Assembly (NCBI GenBank): GCA_965207375.1
Contig: OZ242274.1
Coordinates: 768,001 to 832,000, forward strand
Direction of reading: 5' to 3'
DNA length: 64,000 nucleotides
Origin: Nitrosopumilaceae archaeon
GTDB lineage: Archaea; Thermoproteota; Nitrososphaeria; Nitrososphaerales; Nitrosopumilaceae
In this document: positions 9,601 through 18,620 of the stretch, one piece after another
How positions within the stretch are numbered: the first letter of the stretch is position 1
How the letters are laid out: each line of letters begins with the position of its first letter
The notes under the pieces: generated by a model
Database searches by the model: none
Seen by the model: only the letters and a program-made list of their open reading frames with translations
Told to the model about the DNA's origin: nothing
Made by a program: the position numbers and the translations under genes

Positions 9601-12600
9601 TTTGATGAAGCAGTTTCAGATTATGACACCGATTCTCCCAAGACATTTAGCTCACAAAAGCTAAACTTGGGAACAACTCCTATACAGGCTGTACTAGATA
9701 CAGGCGCTAAAGGAGCAGTCGGTACTTATACTTCTGAACAGTTGAGGATTCTTAACGACACCGATAAAATCGGTACAGGCGTTGGCGACATCGTCTTGTT
9801 AAGTTACTCTTCAGCAGCAACATCATTTGCAGAACCAGGTGACGGTATCTTTAGATTGACTACAGATACATCTCGTCAGGTGGAGCATATAGTAACAGAA
9901 CTGATTCCATCTAACTTTGACAATATCATATCCATACACCTTGATGATGCATGGAGTAATGATTATGTTGATGCATTAGAGACTACATACGGTAACAATC
10001 ATAGAACTATCGCATACGATACTGCATACGACACTACACCAGCTAACATGACAGCACAGTTTGCAAGCGTACTAAGCGACACTACTACCGGATTATCAGG
10101 TCTTGATGCACAAACTGCAATCGTGATCCTTGAATTTGATCATGATAGACTTGATGCACTGGTAACAGAACTTGCTAGGACGAACGGTTATGCCAACATT
10201 GAGACCACAAAGTTCATCATTCCTGATGTTCCAAGTGGTGCTTTTGGTTCTACTTTACACGCTGATGCTCTTACATTGCTAAAATCCACAGACATGAAGA
10301 CGATAAAGTTTGCACTAAGTGACAATGAACAAGGTCAAACAGCATTAAAGGCAGCTCTGCAAGCTCAGAGTCCTAACAATGAAGTAGACCTTGACAGTTT
10401 CGGTAACATCTTTGACAGACATGCATATGCCGCATATGACGCAGGTCAAATCCTAACACGGGCAATAGATGCTCTTGGAACAGAATATACATCTGCTCAA
10501 CTAGATGCAGCTATACCAACTGCAGCAGCAGCTTATAGCTCTGATGCTTTGATATACAATACAGTGCTAAACGCCAATGGCGATTTGCAATGTATGATAT
10601 ATGACATATTTGAAATTGATGACACCCAAACAGGATTTGCACTTTCAGAGCCAACGCAAGCAACTACTGACGCTACTAACTGTGCTATAACCTACCCACC
10701 AACTATCAATGCAATCTCACCAGATGCACAGATAGTATACGTAGGTGATGAAAAACGCATTACACTAACCTCAAACGCTGACGGTGCTACATACAGTCAC
10801 GACTATGACAATCCAGCAATTTTGTTTAATGAAAGAACTGGAGTCTTTTCATGGGACGTAACTACTAGTGACTTGGATGATAAACCAATAAACATCGAAA
10901 CTATAGAGTTTACAGTCACTAACGGTACAGGTTCATCTTCTACATCTGTAGAGTTTGTAATAGTACCAACACGTGGAGTTGATGACCAAGACAGACCTCT
11001 TCCAGAGCGTGTCTCCGTACTATACGATAATACCTCAGAACTTGAACAAAAATTCGCTGAGGTAGTTCGTGTGGCAGTCTTTGATTACAATGCAGATAGC
11101 AATCCAGACAAGGTAAGTGACGCAGATGTTGAATTTGATGGACAGTCAGTTCCTCCAAGTACTCCAATAACTGATACATTTGAAGGAGTTGCACAACTGA
11201 TGAACGGTACAACATTCGAATACACCGGTGACACTATCAAGCGTGAAGGTACAACTATTACCAAAGGCGCAATTTACAACTACGCCGGTCCAGACACCTT
11301 CACCTTCAACGGTACAACATTCAACCACGACAGTGCAACACATACATTTGGACCTCAATTCTACAACGCTACAGTAGGAACATACACTTCTGCACAACTA
11401 GAAACGTTCAACACTGAACAATGGGCAGATGACATGGTGTTCCTAAGTTATGCATCAACTGCATCAACTCTATCACTTGACGACCACATATTCAGACTCA
11501 CGGCCGATAACGCATATCAGGTCGAAAACGTCCTAAAACCAGAACTAGACAAATATGACGGCAAAATCATAACCATACATCGTAATGATACATGGAGTGC
11601 CGATTATGTCGATATTCTAAAGGGCGAATATTCTGATCTCGTCGAGATACAGTATAACGCATCATTGTATCACAGAATCAACAATGCTGACTATTACAAC
11701 GATACGATAGGTGAGGTATATGAGGCAGAATTTGGAACAGACGGAATACCTGCTGACTCTGCAATTGTTATCTTTGCATTTGACGAATCAAGAGAAATAG
11801 TTCAAGCACTTGCAAGAGCAGGTAGCAATGACGGTTGGCAATTTAAGGACGTCAATGATACAAGGATTATCATTCCTGACTTGTCAGGTGACTTTAATGA
11901 CTTGACCGATGACGCACAATCAGACCCGGTACAACTACTCAAAGACACAAATGCAACAACAATCAGATTTGACGTAAAGAATAGCACTCTGCTAGCTGGA
12001 CAATTCCATAATAACCCAGATAGTTCTGATGAAGCAAACTTTAGCAAGTATAAAGAAATAACTGACGTCGCATATCCGGGTAGCGTTAACCGCAACTTTA
12101 CAGACGTTGCAGATAACAGGCACATATTTTCTGCATACGATGCAGGATATATCATGGCCAAAGCACTTGACATAATCGGACCAGGTCCAGACCAGGTAGA
12201 GCAACTCAAGGAGTTAATACCATGGGTAGCAAACCAGTACAGCGACCATGCACTGATTCACAACACCAAGATAGGTGCAAACGGCGACCTTGAAGAGATG
12301 AAATATGTCTTTGTAGAGATTAACGATAACTCAACCACAGGTGATCTAGAATGGATGGTCACAGTAGCACATGATCCTGACGCAGGCACTACAGCATCTG
12401 TACAGATGTTTAACAGTCCGCAGCTAGTATCATGTATTGACTGTGCAATTAATTCATTTGGTGAAATCTTTGGACAAACAGTTCAGATACAGCAAACACA
12501 GTCAGTTGATGCAGATACAGTCACAGAGCTATTCAACATTCCAAACAACGCCAAAGTAGGACTCCTCATAGAATATGACCGTTCTGATACTGATGCAGTA

Positions 12601-15474
12601 AATGACCCAATTGTATTGGACTTTTTCTCATTTGGATTCACAAATGATGGAACAGCTGCCTCAGATAGAGTATCAAACCAAATAGTCAGACTTGAATTGG
12701 AAGAAACTGGCGATAACACTGACACCTTCATAGGTGGCCTTGAATATGTCATGCTAAACCAACTCAACATTCTGGACAAAGAAACCTATACCGGACTAAG
12801 TCCAATATCTGACGAGCCAACATTTATCGTAATGGAGGACTTGACAGACGAGGACTCTCCAAGAGTCAATTATCTTGATCTAGGAGCAGACGGTGTATCA
12901 ACACAGATTGCTGACCAACAAGAGGCACCATCACACTCTGGTGTGGTAGCACTTGATTCAGACAACTACAAGGTTGCTGATACAGTGATTATCACATTGA
13001 CTGATGCTGACCTCAACGTGGACAGCGACTTGATTGATATTTTCACTACAGTCGCACCTGGAAATGGCGACATGTCTGATACAGTAGGTAAGGATGTAAA
13101 GTTCAATGACGCATCAGTCAGTATTGGTGATGCTCCATTAGGACGATTACTTGATGTTACCATTGACGACAAGACATGGACTGTAAACAACTGTGATTTG
13201 AGCAACATTGACGACGGCCTGCATGATACAGGTTTCACACTAATTGAAACCAGTACTGCAAGTGGTGTCTTTACGGGCTCATTCCAGATACCATCTGAAT
13301 ATTGTCCAGAAGGTGAAACAGAACGAAAATCTGTTACCGGTAACGATTTAGAGGTAAACTATGTCGACTTTAGAGATGCATCTGGTGAAATCATCGAAGT
13401 TGGTGATTCAGCAGGTGTACGAGCCAGCACTGGTTCAATATCTCTTGACAGAACGGTTTATCCAGTTCCATTTGGTGAAAACACATTCAATTTGCATGCT
13501 TCAGCAGGCGATGACGAATATCTACCAGAAGGTACTGTATCACTTCACGTTAGGGTCTCAGATCCTGACTATGATATATCAGCCTCTGGTGAGGATGTAA
13601 TCGCAGAAGGAACAACAGGACCTGTAACGGTAACAGTATCTAGAGGATCTGATAGTAAAGTAGTAGCAACAGCAGGTGCAGCATCTGCAAATGCTAATCA
13701 AGTACTTGAGATAGACGGTGAGAATGTAACCGTACCTGAATATGGACCAATCACAGAAATTGCACCTGACGCTGGAATCTTTGAAGCAGACATTACAATC
13801 AGTTCTACTGACGGACCTTATACAAGGGAATGTCCAGATAGTAACGGTTGTGTCTTGCAAGGAGACATTATTACTGTACAGTATGAGGATCCAACAGATG
13901 CATCTGGTGACGCAAACACAATTACCGATTCAGCTACATTTGATTTGAGAAACGCCGTATTGCAATCTGATAAATCAGTCTACATCATTGGAAGCGACAT
14001 GATTTTGACTCTAATAGAGCCAGACTTTGACCTTGACAGTGATGGAGCAGAAACATACTCACTTGATCTAATCGAGTGGGATTCAGATGCAGCAACTACG
14101 AGTATGGGCCCACTTGGTGGAGATAATGCAGCAGCATTTGATCCAGAACCAAACGCATTTAGAGAAACAGGCGACAGCACTGGAATCTTCCAGGTTGTAG
14201 TCGAAATTCCTGAAGCACTTAGTGGCGACAAACTCGAAAGAGGCGAAGAAATCGAACTAGAGTATACCGATTGGGGCCCATCCGGTTCTAACTATGTTGG
14301 TGAAGAAGACGAAGACATTAATCTTACAGTCTTCACATCAAACTTTGGTAGTACGGTGGAGCTAGACCAAAAGGTCTACACTTGGACTGATAAGGTCTAC
14401 ATTACTATTGTAGCACCTGACCACAACTTCGATTCTGACTTGATAGATGAAATAGGTAACAGTGATGACGATCCAATAAGGGTTGCAACTAGAAGTGCAG
14501 ATCTTGACAACTACAAGTTGGTAGAGACAGGCACCGATACTGGAATCTTTACTGGTGAGGTAATCCTTACAGGATTTGCACACGATGCTAATGGTGACGG
14601 AGAAACTGACGACTCAAACCCACGTACCGGTGACGGTACTGGCAACATTAAGGGCTTGGGCCCAACCAACGGATTCCTAGAAACTGAGGATGATGACGGA
14701 CTATCAGTATCCTTTGAATTTTCAGAGGATGAAACTGTGATAGGTTCATCATTAATCAGATGGAATATCGGTGAGGTTCAATGGCTTGAAGCAAGCTATG
14801 CAGCTAGCGGTACAGGTTTGGTAAGAGTAGTAGACCCCGACATGAATTTGAACCCAGAATCAGTTGACAACTTTGAGATTGATATTTGGTCAGATACACA
14901 TGCCGGAGGTATTGACTTGACTGTAACTGAGACAAACCAGGCTACTGGAATCTTTGAGGGCACAGTATTCTTTACTGTGACTGACGAGTCTTCCGGACAC
15001 AGACTGCGAGTCTCAGAAGGTGACACTGTAACTGCAGAATATGCAGACCGTACACTACCTGACCCACACGATACAACAGATAAGATTGATATTTCTGCCA
15101 CAACCCAGATTGGCTCACTCATACCTCCACTCGAGAGAGCACCAGCTACCAACTTGAGAGTAGTTGATGCATTTAGCAACACGCTAGATACTATTTCAGT
15201 GGACTCACAGGTACAGATTACAGCCGACTTGGCAAACGGTCAGGATAAAGATCAGCCATTTGCATACATCGTACAGATTCAGGATAGTAGCAGTGTAACT
15301 GTAGCCCTTGCATGGGTTTCAGGAACATTGACACCTTCACAGTCGTTTAGTCCAGCATTATCATGGACCCCCTCAGAAGCAGGAACATACACTGCAACTG
15401 CATTTGTTTGGGAATCTGTAGATAATCCAACTGCACTATCACCACCAAACGAACTCACAATAACTGTCAACTAG
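6604..15474 (+). CDS. slaA: Thaumarchaeal main S-layer protein (SlaA-type) with a ~1,400-aa insertion (2x FN3, 3x Ig/cadherin-like, 2x type-1 periplasmic binding protein)
   Basis: N-terminus KLTSLTLMAIMVAGGMTFA..ANANLFVSAENSLFDNYMSGPQVIEV, repeated ETGDNT/STG.F.G motifs and C-terminal QSFSPALSWTP..AFVWESVDNPTALSPP, as in Nitrosopumilus S-layer proteins. Confidence 0.9.
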   Translation: MYNEIYKKLTSLTLMAIMVAGGMTFAVPGMVPEAYAANANLFVSAENSLFDNYMSGPQVIEVAIIDSSISDTDEGKGEPDVTVNGNNLRMVQATDGNWYGYFADYEMATEAAKPGNGLYFGTSGSASDIGLTEFEADGLFYNNKTNDNVKLNVVRESKNVNDFKGGQIGIAENNWPFIQLYTLNPTGNVVIQYNKGGGAQTTTLTFDTVDDFAGIELDRTSYPQGAQVHATVTDVWLNIDPTDEDSWTFATNDGTAFYHIFNDNGGNGTNNADVPVDPTELMCSDCALLLNPNVQGADKHVITIQGNADSMVANDGPTVATADAWRGSAVIENLDEGTQPVTITEQGPNSGIFGTYDEADKSVLKIIDDAARGTSATLDYNDSPVSVLVTHAFAEIDIQPTSDTWNSGELIPVVLVDADINKNTRADENISLSDPSYQIIPSLRTGNPITLGSGDIMVSYDGSAMQGTDVDAFSDRAILDDAMGGDTVSSVLIDLGITGGDLKGSLINSNADNTYGYNLFNYNIDSLTDENVNISLVHGDDLAAPDGTIKIVCDASNSGLELLPHENCKQDIRPSEPTALSASPRSATSVALSWTASENAGSSSITDYKVEYRIANTNNWMTFDDGVSTSTMATVTGLTDGTEYAFRVSAVNSVGTGYSSDEDKATATNVQNKPDAPSDLMVTSQGDTQIMLSWAAPSDGGSPITSYTIQQSNDLGSTFKNANTTSPVTGITATVTGLDPETTYIFQVSAVNSIGPSDYSDRVSAKTTPASNGGQQPNPNTPNVAPVITAITPKAATVGQALTFTVVATDANPADTTFTYSFSQPQGQTLTSTPDWTPTTGVFTWTPDAADIGDKIFTFIAMDDGAARSAPVSVTITVSAASNGGSNNDPVVTPGQAPSGIAGTALEHQILATDDDAGDSLTYTLINGPGTLTISRTGLIEWDAPSAGSHEVSFRVSDGTSTVRGTITITITAPTPTSIVIPLLYNSGSAYESQHFGAAFDEAVSDYDTDSPKTFSSQKLNLGTTPIQAVLDTGAKGAVGTYTSEQLRILNDTDKIGTGVGDIVLLSYSSAATSFAEPGDGIFRLTTDTSRQVEHIVTELIPSNFDNIISIHLDDAWSNDYVDALETTYGNNHRTIAYDTAYDTTPANMTAQFASVLSDTTTGLSGLDAQTAIVILEFDHDRLDALVTELARTNGYANIETTKFIIPDVPSGAFGSTLHADALTLLKSTDMKTIKFALSDNEQGQTALKAALQAQSPNNEVDLDSFGNIFDRHAYAAYDAGQILTRAIDALGTEYTSAQLDAAIPTAAAAYSSDALIYNTVLNANGDLQCMIYDIFEIDDTQTGFALSEPTQATTDATNCAITYPPTINAISPDAQIVYVGDEKRITLTSNADGATYSHDYDNPAILFNERTGVFSWDVTTSDLDDKPINIETIEFTVTNGTGSSSTSVEFVIVPTRGVDDQDRPLPERVSVLYDNTSELEQKFAEVVRVAVFDYNADSNPDKVSDADVEFDGQSVPPSTPITDTFEGVAQLMNGTTFEYTGDTIKREGTTITKGAIYNYAGPDTFTFNGTTFNHDSATHTFGPQFYNATVGTYTSAQLETFNTEQWADDMVFLSYASTASTLSLDDHIFRLTADNAYQVENVLKPELDKYDGKIITIHRNDTWSADYVDILKGEYSDLVEIQYNASLYHRINNADYYNDTIGEVYEAEFGTDGIPADSAIVIFAFDESREIVQALARAGSNDGWQFKDVNDTRIIIPDLSGDFNDLTDDAQSDPVQLLKDTNATTIRFDVKNSTLLAGQFHNNPDSSDEANFSKYKEITDVAYPGSVNRNFTDVADNRHIFSAYDAGYIMAKALDIIGPGPDQVEQLKELIPWVANQYSDHALIHNTKIGANGDLEEMKYVFVEINDNSTTGDLEWMVTVAHDPDAGTTASVQMFNSPQLVSCIDCAINSFGEIFGQTVQIQQTQSVDADTVTELFNIPNNAKVGLLIEYDRSDTDAVNDPIVLDFFSFGFTNDGTAASDRVSNQIVRLELEETGDNTDTFIGGLEYVMLNQLNILDKETYTGLSPISDEPTFIVMEDLTDEDSPRVNYLDLGADGVSTQIADQQEAPSHSGVVALDSDNYKVADTVIITLTDADLNVDSDLIDIFTTVAPGNGDMSDTVGKDVKFNDASVSIGDAPLGRLLDVTIDDKTWTVNNCDLSNIDDGLHDTGFTLIETSTASGVFTGSFQIPSEYCPEGETERKSVTGNDLEVNYVDFRDASGEIIEVGDSAGVRASTGSISLDRTVYPVPFGENTFNLHASAGDDEYLPEGTVSLHVRVSDPDYDISASGEDVIAEGTTGPVTVTVSRGSDSKVVATAGAASANANQVLEIDGENVTVPEYGPITEIAPDAGIFEADITISSTDGPYTRECPDSNGCVLQGDIITVQYEDPTDASGDANTITDSATFDLRNAVLQSDKSVYIIGSDMILTLIEPDFDLDSDGAETYSLDLIEWDSDAATTSMGPLGGDNAAAFDPEPNAFRETGDSTGIFQVVVEIPEALSGDKLERGEEIELEYTDWGPSGSNYVGEEDEDINLTVFTSNFGSTVELDQKVYTWTDKVYITIVAPDHNFDSDLIDEIGNSDDDPIRVATRSADLDNYKLVETGTDTGIFTGEVILTGFAHDANGDGETDDSNPRTGDGTGNIKGLGPTNGFLETEDDDGLSVSFEFSEDETVIGSSLIRWNIGEVQWLEASYAASGTGLVRVVDPDMNLNPESVDNFEIDIWSDTHAGGIDLTVTETNQATGIFEGTVFFTVTDESSGHRLRVSEGDTVTAEYADRTLPDPHDTTDKIDISATTQIGSLIPPLERAPATNLRVVDAFSNTLDTISVDSQVQITADLANGQDKDQPFAYIVQIQDSSSVTVALAWVSGTLTPSQSFSPALSWTPSEAGTYTATAFVWESVDNPTALSPPNELTITVN

Positions 15475-15490
15475 ACTAGAAAACAACACA

Positions 15491-15510
15491 TTTCCCCTTT
15501 TCTTTTTATT
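15491..15510 (+). terminator. Oligo-T archaeal terminator after slaA
   Basis: tttccccttttctttttatt starting 17 bp after the stop. Confidence 0.55.
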
Positions 15511-15796
15511 CTGAAACATCAACAATTCATGTCTACATACACAAAAGATCATCACGGTGTTTGAATTCATCTGCAACAGAATCACAGATAGAGTGTGCTT
15601 TGGATTCTGCTTGAATCGCATCTGCGCGGGTGGGATTCGGCCAGTCGCCTAGATATCTTGCCACATCCACTCATTGGATGAGATCATTCCGGTAGCCGTG
15701 CTTGTCCAAGATACTCCATTCGTTTGGCAGTAGGCTTCTTAAGATGTTCAGATTGTGTAATAGTGAAAACTCAATTTTTTCTAGTATGAAATCTAA

Positions 15797-15844
15797 CAGT
15801 TTCATGGATCATCTAAAAACCAGAATAACTTCCGAAAGTCGATC
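15797..15844 (+). repeat. 48-bp dispersed repeat, copy 2
   Basis: cagtttcatggatcatctaaaaaccagaataacttccgaaagtcgatc. Confidence 0.85.
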
Positions 15845-16128
15845 TGTTACAAATCCGGCTTGTTTCATTCTTGAATTGACTTGTCGTCTTTTATGGCAAG
15901 TATAGCGGTGCGCAAAAGTTCTTACCCGGCGATTCTACACATGACTCCCCCCTCACGTGAAAATAATGAGAAATCACGCCTGATTTTTTTGAAACTGTAC
16001 AAAAAAACACACAAGGTAAAAAAATATCTGCAAGAACAGTAAAAGATCGGATCGATTTAATCCAAACATGAAAGAGGCTAAGCTCTTATCGAATATACGC
16101 AGAACCGAAAAGGAAGGTGGGAATGATG

Positions 16129-17210
16129 AGAGGTGATCCGTAATTATTTGTCATGCGTGTCTGCTGCCATCCAGATGCCCTGCCTCAATCAGGCCATCTG
16201 ATCTAACCGCCACAATATGCTGCGGTTTACCAAACCGCACACAATATCGTTGATCCGGTCGTATTTTATGAGTGGATTCCTGTATACATTTCCCATAATA
16301 CGCCATGTTTTGACCCTGCGTATTGCATGTTCTACATATACACGAATCTTTGAGTGGATTTTGTTGTATTCTTTTTGCTCTTCTGTGAGCTTTGCACCCT
16401 TTTTCTTTTTGATTGGAGTGCACAGTATCCCTCCAGGAACCTCAGGTGCCCCTTGGTATCCTCTGTCTGCATATATGGTGACCTGTGCCTCATCAGGTAT
16501 TTTCTCTGGAAATGTTGGAGGTTTTTTCTTGTATACTGTAACGTCATGTATTTTTCCTGGCGAATGACGTGTCTTGTGCACGATTAGTCCATGCGTGTTA
16601 GTCGTATATTGTATCTTAGAGGTGTGCGCTCCTGCTTTGCCCGAATAGTGAGACTTTTCCATGTCCTTGCGTCCTGGTCTTTGTATTTTCTGTTCTGAGG
16701 CATCAACAAGACATCTAAGACCTGGAAGAATCTCTTCTAATTCCTCTATGGAGGAAATTCTTTGCATCTTGTCATGTATTTTGGAAGGTATAGGAATGCA
16801 TAGTTTGAGGATGGGCTCTATATGGGTAATAGAGCGCGATACTGATGCTTGTCCTATTTCAAACATGACTGCTGCTACATCTTGTGTGCAGTATGTACGA
16901 TAGTAAAACAAAAGTAGCATCACCTGGTCTCGTACATTTAATGCGAATCTGCGGCCTGCACCTATTGCGCGCACTCTGTTTTCTCTAGAGAGTCTCTTTT
17001 TTTCTGCTCTTGGATACTTTTTTTCCACCTTAGATACTAACAAATCAAATTCTTTGGCAGACATGCCTGTTATGGCACGAAATCTTCTGGTATTTTTTAC
17101 CAGTTTTTCATAGGACATCATGAGTTGTGGTAGATTCGGGTGATATTTGGATCTTTTTGGTATTGCTAGGCGTGAAATTTAGGGAAATTTGCTAATTACG
17201 AATCACCTCT
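16129..17210 (-). mobile_element. IS5-family (ISL2-like) insertion sequence, 1,082 bp
   Basis: TIRs agaggtgat(c/t)cgtaatta; 3-bp target duplication ATG at 16126-8 and 17211-3. Confidence 0.88.
16189..17121 (-). CDS. IS5-family DDE transposase, apparently intact
   Basis: FRAITGMS N-terminus, LVDASEQ, YSGK, HD, YADRGYQG, RVYVEHAIRRVKTW. Confidence 0.9.
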   Translation of the reverse strand: MMSYEKLVKNTRRFRAITGMSAKEFDLLVSKVEKKYPRAEKKRLSRENRVRAIGAGRRFALNVRDQVMLLLFYYRTYCTQDVAAVMFEIGQASVSRSITHIEPILKLCIPIPSKIHDKMQRISSIEELEEILPGLRCLVDASEQKIQRPGRKDMEKSHYSGKAGAHTSKIQYTTNTHGLIVHKTRHSPGKIHDVTVYKKKPPTFPEKIPDEAQVTIYADRGYQGAPEVPGGILCTPIKKKKGAKLTEEQKEYNKIHSKIRVYVEHAIRRVKTWRIMGNVYRNPLIKYDRINDIVCGLVNRSILWRLDQMA

Positions 17211-17435
17211 ATGGTGTTGTTTTTGGGTGAGGTACCTTGGCATGTATCTCTTGATGCACAAGACTTTTTCAATGCACGAGATATCGTATTGATATGGTAT
17301 CCTGTGGGGCATCCATATCTTAATCCCGTAGAAGAGGTCTGGAGTATACTCAAGCGTTCAATTGATTACTCTACGGTATGCCGACATCAAGACACATCTA
17401 GCAGTATACAGATTTGTCAAAAAACACGAGTTTGA
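17211..17435 (+). pseudogene. IS630 transposase C-terminal remnant
   Basis: Degenerate DNA.WH and P..PELNP.E..W motifs; the frame joins 16100-16128 once the IS5 is removed. Confidence 0.75.
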
Positions 17436-17829
17436 TTATAATTTTAAAAAGCATTGTAAGAGAAAGCCTTCTGCTGGTATGCTGTCTTTGCTTAATCTTG
17501 GCGTATTGTGTAAGTTGTGTAAGATTTTATTCCTGCACCTAGTCTACTGATTTTGTGCCGAGTAAGAACTTTTGCGCACCGCTATATCCATATTATGCTG
17601 CCTGCATAGTTTTCTATCATTTCATAGGAAATATTGTCAAGCCGTAGCCTGTCAAGCATGTTACCTGAAATATCTGCGTTTGCTACATTAATTATATCGC
17701 CTGATTCTCATCTTGGACTATTGAAATTTCAAATTATGATTATCTAACTGTGTTTTTCCTCATGCGACCATCATTCTAGTCCACCTAAACCGTGTATTTT
17801 TCCTCATTTACCACACATAACAATACAAG

Positions 17830-17913
17830 CGCAGAGAGAGGGATTCGAACCCCCGTGTGATTGCTCACACAGGCTCTCAAGGCCCGCGCCCTACCAGGCT
17901 AGGCGACCTCTGC
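17830..17913 (-). tRNA. tRNA-Ser(TGA)
   Basis: GCAGAGG acceptor, CGGGC-CT-TGA-GA-GCCTG anticodon arm, long variable arm, GGTTCGAATCC. Confidence 0.95.
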
Positions 17914-17991
17914 AAAATTTGAAACAACTAGGTGATTAAAATTTGTTAGTGTATGAGACCTTTTGAAAAATAAGAAAAAAGAAAAATTTCT

Positions 17992-18528
17992 TTAATCGTG
18001 TGCGTGTGGGTTTGCAGAACCGCTTTCCATTTTTACAAATGAACCATCGGCTTTTTCATGATGTTCTAGGTATGAGGGCTCGATTAGAATTGCCTTTTCA
18101 GGACAAGCCTCTTGACAAGCCATACATTGAGTACAATCATGCTCCCTTATTGGTTGTGATTTGTCAGAATAATCTAGACGCTCATCTTGTTCAGTTAAAC
18201 CTGTTCCTTCAAAAGTCTCATCCAGGCAGTCTGCTGCCGGTATGTCTTTTTCGGTTCTGTACCATTGAAATGTCTGGACAGGACATACGCTCATACATGA
18301 GCCTTGTGCCGTACATTCGTCCCAGTCAACTGCAACAGTTGTTCCATGAATACCTAGGGGAACCTGTTCTTCGCCATGTGCTTCATAAGCTGCCTTTACC
18401 TCATCGTTAGAAAATGCATTGCCATCGGTTTTGCCTTTTCCCCAAATGAAGTGTTTGTTCTCACCATCAGAATGGTTTGTTTTTCCAACAACTTCTAGAT
18501 TTTCAACAAATTTCTCATCTATTGGCAT
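17992..18528 (-). CDS. 4Fe-4S dicluster ferredoxin (thaumarchaeal type)
   Basis: CTAQGSCMSVCP and CTQCMACQEACP. Confidence 0.9.
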   Translation of the reverse strand: MPIDEKFVENLEVVGKTNHSDGENKHFIWGKGKTDGNAFSNDEVKAAYEAHGEEQVPLGIHGTTVAVDWDECTAQGSCMSVCPVQTFQWYRTEKDIPAADCLDETFEGTGLTEQDERLDYSDKSQPIREHDCTQCMACQEACPEKAILIEPSYLEHHEKADGSFVKMESGSANPHAHD

Positions 18529-18620
18529 GTCCTAATTATTTTGAGGATTATATTTAAAGCTAAACAAAATTAGTCGAGACTAAATACATTTGAGTGATTT
18601 TCATGTACAAAAAAGAAAAA

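Larger units (their letters stand above)
15903..17584 (+). mobile_element. Degenerate IS630-family element interrupted by an IS5-type element
   Basis: 28-bp TIRs tagcggtgcgcaaaagttcttac(c/t)cggc with 1 mismatch; TA flanks at 15901-2 and 17585-6; DDE remnant VLFLGEVPWH...PYLNPVEEVWSILKR. Confidence 0.88.

Noticed and set aside
7911-15470. Many antisense ORFs inside slaA and other long genes
   Set aside because: Shadow ORFs from codon bias, with no recognisable motifs.
15520-15790. GC-richer patch after slaA that may be a pseudogene
   Set aside because: Only short interrupted frames with no motif I can assign.
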